A program made the translations under genes and the position numbers. DNA of 60,524 bases, the filler included, from Gonapodya sp. JEL0774 (Eukaryota), in NCBI GenBank assembly GCA_027604505.1. It is 13 parts of 13 records of this genome, joined end to end, with 100 filler letters (N's around TTAATTAATTAA, not from the genome) between each part and the next. Parts side by side here need not be neighbours in the genome. Positions count along the whole stretch, not along the records: positions 51,323 to 55,877 come from JADIIX010000924.1; positions 55,978 to 60,524 come from JADIIX010000925.1; 11 more parts are not named here. One strand, written 5' to 3'. Each line of letters begins with the position of its first letter. Positions within the stretch are counted from its first letter, which is position 1. Of this stretch, positions 52,031 through 60,524 are shown piece after piece. The notes under the pieces were generated by a model. That model did not search any database. It was not told the origin of the DNA and saw nothing but the letters and a program-made list of their open reading frames with translations.

Positions 52031-53298
52031 TCAAGACTGCAGTACCCGCGGCAATTCCCACACCAAGTACTTCCGCCGTAAATGAGGTATCTCAACTCGG
52101 ACCTTGCATCGAGAGGGTGTAGCGTGGAAAATCTCGCCGAGGAATGCCCCGAGTGTGGCGATTGCAGTTTCAGAGTCGAGCGAGTGCTCGATGTGGAGGT
52201 CCAATAGGTTTGGGAAGAGATGATGGATGACGGAGGCGTACTCCGATGCTATGTCCAGTTCACGACCCGAGTCTGCTGCCTCCTCCAGCATTATAGTATC
52301 AAAAAAACGTGTAGAGCTTTCAGACTCGCGAAGTTCATGTCCATTGTCGCTGATTGGGAACTGTTTAGAATAGGGTTGACTGATATTCTGCCCAGATTCT
52401 GCAGGTTTGGGTATGTTGTCAAAACTTCGAGCAGGTCAAGGTCGTGACTAGAGGCGACGTCCAAAGAAGTAATTGATGCGCGTCGGGCGGCAAATGTAGG
52501 GGATTCAATGTCACACCATGACATGAATGTATCAGTCTTCTTGGGGTAGAATGCACTACCTCCAAGGGCGCTCGCATGAGGGAACACTCGAAGAAGGAAG
52601 GGAAGGTTACAGTGCCATGTTGCGTCCATGGCATTGTCCGCCATCAAACGCTCCACTAAATGTGCTATCACATCGGGTGCCAGTTTCGACACAGCGTTCA
52701 AGGCCGCACCATGGAGTGCGAATGTCCCAACTCGCATCTTGCGTGCAAAGCGTATGAAGGTTTCGAGAGCAACCTGTCCTTCTGTTCTCATCTTGTCAGC
52801 TCCCTTTAAATCGAAACTGTCCACGTCAGTCTCCAAGTAAAACCATATCTCCTTCACTAAGACCTTCAGCCGGGCCTGCCATGGAAGCTTCGCCCCAGAT
52901 TTCAAACTTGCAATGCGAATCTGATCCCCCAGTAGGGTATCGATTTGTTCCAGCCGGTTTTCTGCGGCTCTCGAATGTGTCACGGTCACCGCGGTTGTCA
53001 ATGCCGTCCAAACAAAATTGCCCCCGTACTCAACACATTCAAAGCCATTCGGGTTATGATATGATCGGCGAGCAATGTGTTGGGAATCCCGGTCCTGCGC
53101 CCAAACATGGCACGTTATCCAAACCGTCCCCGATGGACATCCAGGAATCGGGTCCAAATATGCATCGCGGAAACGACGGGATGTCCGGGAAATGACACCA
53201 TAAACAGTCCGAGGTGGAAGAAAACGGATGATTCTCTGCAAGATTTCTGTCGGGAGAGTGTCCGTAGCGTTGTGCGTTGTGCGCGGGAGTAGGGTCAT
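52031..53298 (-). CDS. Intronless F-box protein, frameshifted near the 3' end
   Basis: LPTEILQRIIRFLPPRTVYGVISRTSRRFR F-box; YPNLQNLG LRR-like unit; frame break at the homopolymer 52301-52307. Confidence 0.75.
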
Positions 53299-54111
53299 AG
53301 AGATACATTATTGTGTGGTGGCGACGGGATGAATCTCAGATGCGAAAGAACGGGTACACAGAGATTCCAAATCTGCAAGAAGCACGAAGCAGCTGATGAT
53401 TATAAGCGTCCCTGAGTTATCATGGTTCGTCGTATTTCATGGGGCCCGCCGTCGGTAAAACCCTGACCATCAACATTTTCGCGGTATTACACGACGGATG
53501 GTATCTAAGCATTAACATTGGACAATGATTGAGAGTTTCGGAGGTGGTTGCATTCCAGAATTGCTCGTTCTCCGCAGTCACGCTGAAACTTCCCAGGTCG
53601 TTAATACTACTGCTGTTACTTGATCCGCTGTAGTACTGCCGATTCCTATCACCATAATCAATGAATTCTCAACAGACTTTTGAGGATCGTTTGCAGTCTA
53701 AGGTCATCCCGATTTGCGTCTGTAATTGTCTGCAAGCTTGCACGCGTATATATGATGACAACGTCGTAAACTTAGCCGGTTCAGTCCAAATTCAACTCGG
53801 CGGGATAGCCTCTGCTCATACCACGTGGGACGTGGAAAAATGCTCGTGACATTTACCGAACAATTGGATGACTGTATTCGTATTGCTGCACGAGATTATG
53901 TTACACTTCAGGCCGTCAACACGGCCATGTTTGTACAATACAGTACCTAAGACCCCAGATAAAACAAGCAATTCCAACAATTGTCCAACTGTGCTCCAAT
54001 CAACTGCACCACCCGTTACACGTCTGGCTTAATGCCCTCCTCCTCCACTCCGAAAGAACTCACGCTCACTCTATCCCACTTGCCCTCCCCTCCCTCCCCT
54101 ACTCCCCGTGC

Positions 54112-55665
54112 TCACTCCAGCTCACACGCTCCCCCCCCCTCGTCCACCCCTCCTCCCTTCATCCCCGCGCCCTCCCGACCTCGCCGAACTCCTTCCTCAC
54201 CACCCTCACGAACCCGTAAAAGTCGCGGTTCTCGTTGAGCTGGCGGACCAGGTCGGGCATGGTGGGAAGAGGGGGCGTGCAGGAGGTGACTTGGGGCGGG
54301 GAAGGGGGAATGGGGGGGTGGCGAGAGAGGTGGGGAGCGTAGGTGGGGGAAGGAGGAACGGGTGGGTGAGACGGTGACGTGCAGGATACATGGCAGAGGA
54401 GCCATAATGTCCCCCCTACGTTCCCGCTGGCCAAAGTGACGAGGGTGCACTTCCACACCGCACCATACCCGCCTTGTGCTGCCGCCTCCCCAGCCCGCCT
54501 CCGCGCTAGCCCCACCAACTCTCACTCCCAAACACCCCCACGTCCCACCCCATAACTCACTCTCGTACTCCCTCTTGGAAAGGTCGACGGTGAAGGAGTA
54601 CTCGCGGTCCAGGTCATGTTCGTCGATGCGGGTGAAGACGAAGGTGAGGAGGTGCTCTGGGGGAGTGGGGTGGTGGGGTAGGTGGTAGGGGAGGGAGAAG
54701 GCAAGGGGGGGTCCGATGAGGTGGAGTGAGCAGAGCGGATACGAGCACACAGGACAGGCCTCTATGCCCGGGTGGTACAGTCCGACGAGTGCGGACGTTG
54801 CATGCAGGCCCAGAGAGAGGACAACGAGACGCACCGACAGGCGTCAGGATCTTCATACCGAGGACCCGCTCGTAATCCTGGGTCTCTGGAAGGGCTTTTG
54901 AGACTTGGGTCCGGAGGTGGGTTCGGCGGGAATGGAGGTCTGTGTTGCGGGGCCCGGGAGATAGAAACTCCTGTTAGTCGCAAACAGAGAATACGACACG
55001 GGTTCAGAAGGGCTGTGAGGAATTTACCTTGTGTGATTGCCTCGACCGAGCGGGACAGGTCAGCGACTTTGCGGACGAGGTCGAGCCTGCGGGATTCGAG
55101 GTCGGATTTCCGGGCGGAGCGGAGTTCGATTTGGGCGGAGGCGTCTTGGATCTCTTGGTTTTGGCGGTGGAGGGCTGGGAAGGGGAGATGGGGGATGGGG
55201 GCGGTGGGTGAAACGTGTGTGTCGAGCAGTAGCAACATCATGGTTGTGCGGGCAGGCGGAGACCCACTTTGGCTGACATCGGACTCGTGCGCTTCCAAGT
55301 CCGCGATTTCCTTTTTGATTTCAGCGTAGGATTCTTGGGGAATCGAAGGGATCGGCGTAAAAATCGGGTATTGGAAGTCACTTGGCCCCGGACTCACTTG
55401 CGAGAGCGGCAAACTCTTTCCTCGCTGCGAAGTTCCTGTCTTGAGACACAGCCTTTACACGCATCGTGAAGCCATCGAGCAGGGCAATCTGGTCGTCGAT
55501 TGTTCTGATGAAAGTGTCTGATCGAATTTGCGGAGATTGGAGTTTGAGTCTGTCGATTCCGTTTGAGTTTTGGGATCCGATTTGGGCGTGTTGGTGGACT
55601 GGGAATCCGGTCACTCGTGCCGGTGTGGAGAACCCGCGTGGGTGCGGCAGCGGAGTCGAAAGCAT
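54112..55665 (-). CDS. SPC25: Kinetochore Ndc80-complex subunit Spc25, multi-exon
   Basis: Coiled-coil N-half, then LTFVFTRIDEHDLDREYSFTVDLSKREYE|VTSCTPPLPTMPDLVRQLNENRDFYGFVRVVRKEF. Confidence 0.85.
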
Positions 55666-56285
55666 CGCGCGTGTTGCTGCTGACTGAAGGTGTGGGGGGT
55701 TGCAATGGCACCAGGCCGCTGTGGTCAATGTGCACAGACCACCCAGCACCAGAACCAAACCCACGTCATCGCCAATTTGTTGCACCATATCGCTGTTCTA
55801 CTGTCGAATCTTTCTCTCAATTGTGAGTTACTTGTCTTGATCCAAGTTGAATTGTAAATTATGCGCATCATTGCACANNNNNNNNNNNNNNNNNNNNNNN
55901 NNNNNNNNNNNNNNNNNNNNNTTAATTAATTAANNNNNNNNNNNNNNNNNNNNNNNNNNNNNNNNNNNNNNNNNNNNTTCTATATAAGTGCGAACGGCCA
56001 CTTCCTCTGTTCGCCGCACAGTGACTCCACGCCACGTCACCTCCAAACCTACACATTTCCCCTCTGACGTCGCTCTTCTGTCCTTGATACATACCTTTAC
56101 ACCCCGTGCAACACACCGACCATCTCCCTCACAACATCCCCTCCTTCCGCTTCCGGTCCTCAATGACCTTTGCGAGACCGCCCGGTGTGGGCGGCATGAC
56201 GAATTTGGTGTGACGGCCCTAGAGATAGAAGGTAGATGGAAGGTAGGATGCCGGTGTCGGGGAGGAGGAGTGAGTTACATATGTA

Positions 56286-57473
56286 TCAGTGAGCGGAAGC
56301 GTTGAGTGGAAGGGCGGAACGGTACATGCCAGGGGAGAGCGCTGGCAAGATCCGCCTCAAGGGTTTGAAATTCCACGGCAGTGCCACGCCAGCTTCCTCA
56401 ACGAACGGTCCGTCCTCACAACCTACCTGAGCGATCAACGCTTCGGCCACGAAGACGTCACACGAGGTGAAGGCAAGGTTTCGGCCCGCGCGAGGGCAGT
56501 AGCCGTACAAGTCTAAAACGTCGCCGAGTTGGCCAGCTCTGTTGTGTGGTGTTCGTGGTGAGGGGTTTTGCAAGTTTGGGGTGTTGTTACGGTATAGTGT
56601 GGTCGTGGCAATCGGTGGGGACAAGGTCAGACAAGAGGTTGCGATAGAGGAACCACCACTCCGACTATCACCGTGACGCACGTAACGTACGGTGGTCCTC
56701 CGACGGTCTTCCGTTCAATGAACACGCAACTCACTTCAGGTATCCCACGCTCAGTTCCACAGAGTTGGTCGTGTCGAGCTTTTCAGTGCCCCCTGCGAGC
56801 GTCTTTATCGCAAATGTGGTCACGTCGTCCACGAGACTTGCGATAACGCCACCCTATGGTGATGTTGGTCAGCGATTGGAGGACGAAGGAACGTGGGAGG
56901 TGATGAGGGGGGGCATGCGGGTGCGGGGGGGGTGGGGTATAGATGCATGAGAAACTCACGTGGAGTGTGCCGAAGGCGTTCTTGGATGTGGCCGTAGTCG
57001 GAGTGATGTCGCGGGAGGAGACACGCTCGGTGTCAGGGGGAGACAACTTCACTCGATCGTCATCACTGATATCCAACTCACCAAATGCCTCTGATGCCCC
57101 ATCCCCAACCGAGACCAATTTGAAACAACGCCATCAGTTGCTACGCAACCACCAATAGATTCCAGCACGCAAAACCCATCCAATGCGACCCACCTTTTCA
57201 ACCACCATTTGCGCCCACACCCTCCCCTTCTCCGCAGCGACCACCTTGATCGCCCCGCCGCCAAACATGGTCTCGTCTGGACGAAACCAACCCCATCTGT
57301 CAGCGCAGAGCATTGTTCGGTCCTGACGACGACAAAAGACTGAAAAACTTACCGTACCCATATCCCACTCCTTCATTCCATATCGCAACGTACTTCTGCA
57401 CGTCGGCAGTGATGTCAGCGTCGCCGGTAAATGGCGCTGGTTTGAGCGGTGGAGGTTGAGGGATGGCGGTCAT
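56286..57473 (-). CDS. PaaI/ACOT13-like hot-dog thioesterase, multi-exon, possibly disrupted
   Basis: KNAFGTLH|GGVIASLVDDVTTFAI..SVELSVGYL..GRNLAFTSCDVF. Confidence 0.7.
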
Positions 57474-57850
57474 GGATGCTGTTAGTGGGAAGGAGGGAGG
57501 GTTGAAGACAGCGGCACAGGAAGTTGAGCCGGTTTAGCCGGATGATGGGAAGGTAACACCCGGTCACTTCGTTTGAGTTTGAATCAAATGAATGTGGAAA
57601 CTTAACCAGAAACGTTTATTTGGTGGAGAAAAGTAGTGCTGGATCCGGGCGGTCACACCCACTGAGTCATAGCAGTGCTACAACTGGCCGCACCTGGGTA
57701 CAGTTGATTATAAACACATATGGAGATGTTCAGTTGCAGGGGCGTATGCATGAGTATCACGTTCTAGATTATTGCTGAACGTGTCGGTGCTCACGCACCA
57801 TGACCCGGCAAGTGCTCCAAACCTCAAATTTGGACCCACATCACAAAAGA

Positions 57851-59172
57851 ATGTCCTCCCTCACCGAGCTCCCGCCCGAGATCCTCACGTACATCATCCG
57901 TCTTCTTCCATCTCGCACATTCTACAATTCTGTAAACCGCATCTCTCGCAAGTTTCGCCATTTATTCGAAAGTTAAATTCCAGGCGGTACGCGTAACCGG
58001 ACCGCGATCAAGCTCCCATTGCGATTCCACGATGAGCGCATTAAAGAAATCAGTGTAAGGAGTCTGAAAGTGGAGTTTCTGACCGTTTGGGAGCCCACGC
58101 AAGTCGTGGACGGAGCGGGAATCGTTCGGATCTCATGGACTGGGCTGTCGACTATGCATATCTCGGTGTGGACGGACATTTAAACAACGTCTCAAATCCA
58201 GAGAGAATCACTATGAACATCACTCAAATGATTTCGGAGAACGCTTTACTCGATGGAGCAATGTGGCCGGCGAGCTTTGCGTCCGTGGAGTGGTCTTTTT
58301 TCGCGGACAGAAGCCGCACAGCTAATTGGAGGGGCGTAACTCCGCACGAGAGTTCCATTATTCGAAATGCCCATGTGGTATCTTTTCTTCGATATACCAA
58401 GTTCCCAGCGGTGGACATCCCGGGGCACCATCTGTCCGCCGTTTCCCGATGCGCCAGCCCAACATCGCCACTTCAGAGCGTGCAGATTCATCACATCCGT
58501 GAGTGCTATATCAGACAAATTCAATTGAGGAACTTCAGCAACACTGTTTTGTGTAATCTCTAAGGTGCTTTTCTGGCGGTCACAGCCCTAAACATGGCGG
58601 TTCATCAAAATGGTAAGGGCGGGGAGAGAGCTGAACTCCTACGGGAACTTCTTGGAGACTTTAGGGGTAACCTTCATACCCTTTACCTCCCCCAGCTTGA
58701 AAAGCTTTTACTGACTCATGACGTCGTATCGCTTTTTCCAAATCTGACTGATTCGGGGGTGATCGATCTGCGAAACCCAATCTGGACAAATTCACTGGGG
58801 CCAATAGTGAGCAGCACCCAAACGCAGGTGTGAATGACCTCACAGCTTTGCACGTACTCTTTGGTCGTGGCGACTACAGTGTGTACTATCTGCAGCAGGC
58901 AGAACAAGGAATTAGGAAGTACTTTCCAAGTGTGTCTCGACTTCACGCAATGCTAAAGTTGCCAGGAGACCCAGTTGAGGGGGCTCTCCAGGAGACATGC
59001 GCGGAGTTCATTCCTTCGAAGGAGTTCATTTCCAGAAGTCACGTTCTCATATTGGAGTTCCAGCTTCAAGTTGGGCCAAAGTGATGGAACAAGGGGCGCG
59101 GCTTTGAGATGGCTGATAGAGTCCTTGAGGGCAAGTTGCCGTACTGCTGGGAAGAAGGTTTCGTTTGACTGA
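57851..59172 (+). pseudogene. Intronless F-box pseudogene of the same family as 52031-53298
   Basis: MSSLTELPPEILTYIIRLLPSRTFYNSVNRISRKFRHLFES*IPGG; in-frame TAA at 57974 and 58561, plus frameshifts; LFPNLTDSG LRR-like unit. Confidence 0.75.
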
Positions 59173-60524
59173 TGGGTCTGTTCGAAGGAACGTCTTTTTC
59201 AGTTAGTAGATCATCATCTGGACAGACGGGCTATCCAAGATTTTCACGATATTCAAACATACACATAATCAATTTCGGGCATGTAGCATCGAACAACCAT
59301 CAGATCTCCTTGATCGGCTTCCGTGCTTGATATTTTCAATGTTTACTGTTGTGTTGATAAACGCCCCCCCCACTTGCCCGCGATGCCTGACTCGAGCAAA
59401 CAATATCTTGCAGAGACTTGAAAACAAGAGTCCATAAAGATCATAATATCAGTATTGGTGCGAAGTTTCGCAGCGTTGCAACCAAGGAGAACGTTAGGTG
59501 AGTGCCAGAACTTGTGCCGTGCTCGAGAGCACAAACGCAAAGAGTCAGATCTATATTTGGTTTTGTTGAACTGCAGTCTGATTACGGTCTATCGGATATC
59601 AGTCTCACTCGCTGGCGTGTGCAGGCCAGTCTTGAGTTGTGAGTATGTATATCGTGATCAGAATCGCGGGATTCGTTCTAACCAGTGAGCATACTGAATA
59701 AAATCGGCGTTTGTATAACAATATGAAGAAATACGATCCGAGAAAGCATTTTTGTACATGAACAGGTAGAGAGGCACAGAGTTGGTGGGAACACTTCAGG
59801 GTCGGTCTGACGTGAGGGCGGAGCCCAAGACCGCCGCTCCGAGCAAGCGAGCCCGCCAAGTGATTGCAAACTTCATCCAAATACTCGATAAAGGGCAGGT
59901 GGCTCCATCATCACGTGCTGAGGAAGCCGTCCACCATCGGTAACCCACAAGGCCCAATCCTCGCATTCAGTCAGTGGACACCTGCGGTTACTACATATAT
60001 ATTACAAGATCCGTCAAGGACAGTCGCCAAGAGTCATTAGACCTCTGCATCCACGCCATCACCATCTATGGGTGTTGCCTCAGCTGTCCGCAATCATTTC
60101 AAGTCCGTATATTAGAGAGTGTTATCTTTACATGGCTGCAGCCGGTCGTATATACTGACCATTTGACCCGCTTCACTCTCGCGTTCCAGAGTCGGCCGAG
60201 TAGAAAGAAACCCTGATGCGATTGAGAGAGACAAATGGCTCGAATTTCCTCCGCCCATCAACTTCTTCGGGTTCTTCGAAATCCCGGGAGGCCAAATACT
60301 GCGGTTCGAGTGAGTTCGGCATATTTTGGACAACCGGGGAGGGACGAGGACCTATCAAGCGGACGCAGAACGAGTTTTATTTTACTGTATCTAACTGCGT
60401 TGTACACGGACTGCTGTTCACCCCGCAGGTTCAGCCGTTGGATGCTGCTTCCTGCCGCTTTCATCCTTCAAGTTTGCACAGGTAGTGTCTATGCCTGTGA
60501 GTATATCTTTACTTTACCCTCGCT

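Noticed and set aside
38581..58563. In-frame TAA codons as evidence of stop-codon reassignment
   Set aside because: Conserved genes (URA2, DUF1295) end in TAA, and the affected genes also carry frameshifts, so decay is the simpler explanation.

Overview
This window is not one locus. It is 13 unrelated contigs of about 4.55-4.58 kb, sorted by decreasing length and joined by artificial 100-bp spacers (N44-TTAATTAATTAA-N44), so nothing should be inferred across spacers. Most contigs come from an intron-rich eukaryote with short GT-AG introns, probably a flagellated (zoosporic) early-diverging fungus, given fungal-type genes plus a CCDC151-like dynein-docking gene. Host genes: TauD-type dioxygenase, Nrg1-like C2H2 factor, DUF1295 protein, TKL kinase, URA2/CAD C-terminus, two tandem PP1 genes, TatD nuclease, two tandem OMA1-like proteases, TIM13, SPC25, a hot-dog thioesterase and four F-box genes or pseudogenes. 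There are also transposon relics (Harbinger-like, copia 3' end with LTR, a small two-LTR element, chromodomain and Ulp1-like fragments). The outstanding piece is contig 10 (42011-46566), which is compact, intronless and virus-like. It carries a Prim-Pol primase with a Zn finger, an inverted truncated second Prim-Pol, 54-bp tandem repeats between them, a RING/TRAF-type Zn protein and a Cys-rich membrane protein. It is a candidate fragment of a large DNA virus or Polinton-like element. A second highlight is a divergent PP1 paralogue lacking the microcystin-reactive cysteine (SAPNYM instead of SAPNYC). All family calls come from motif recognition by eye, with no database searches run.
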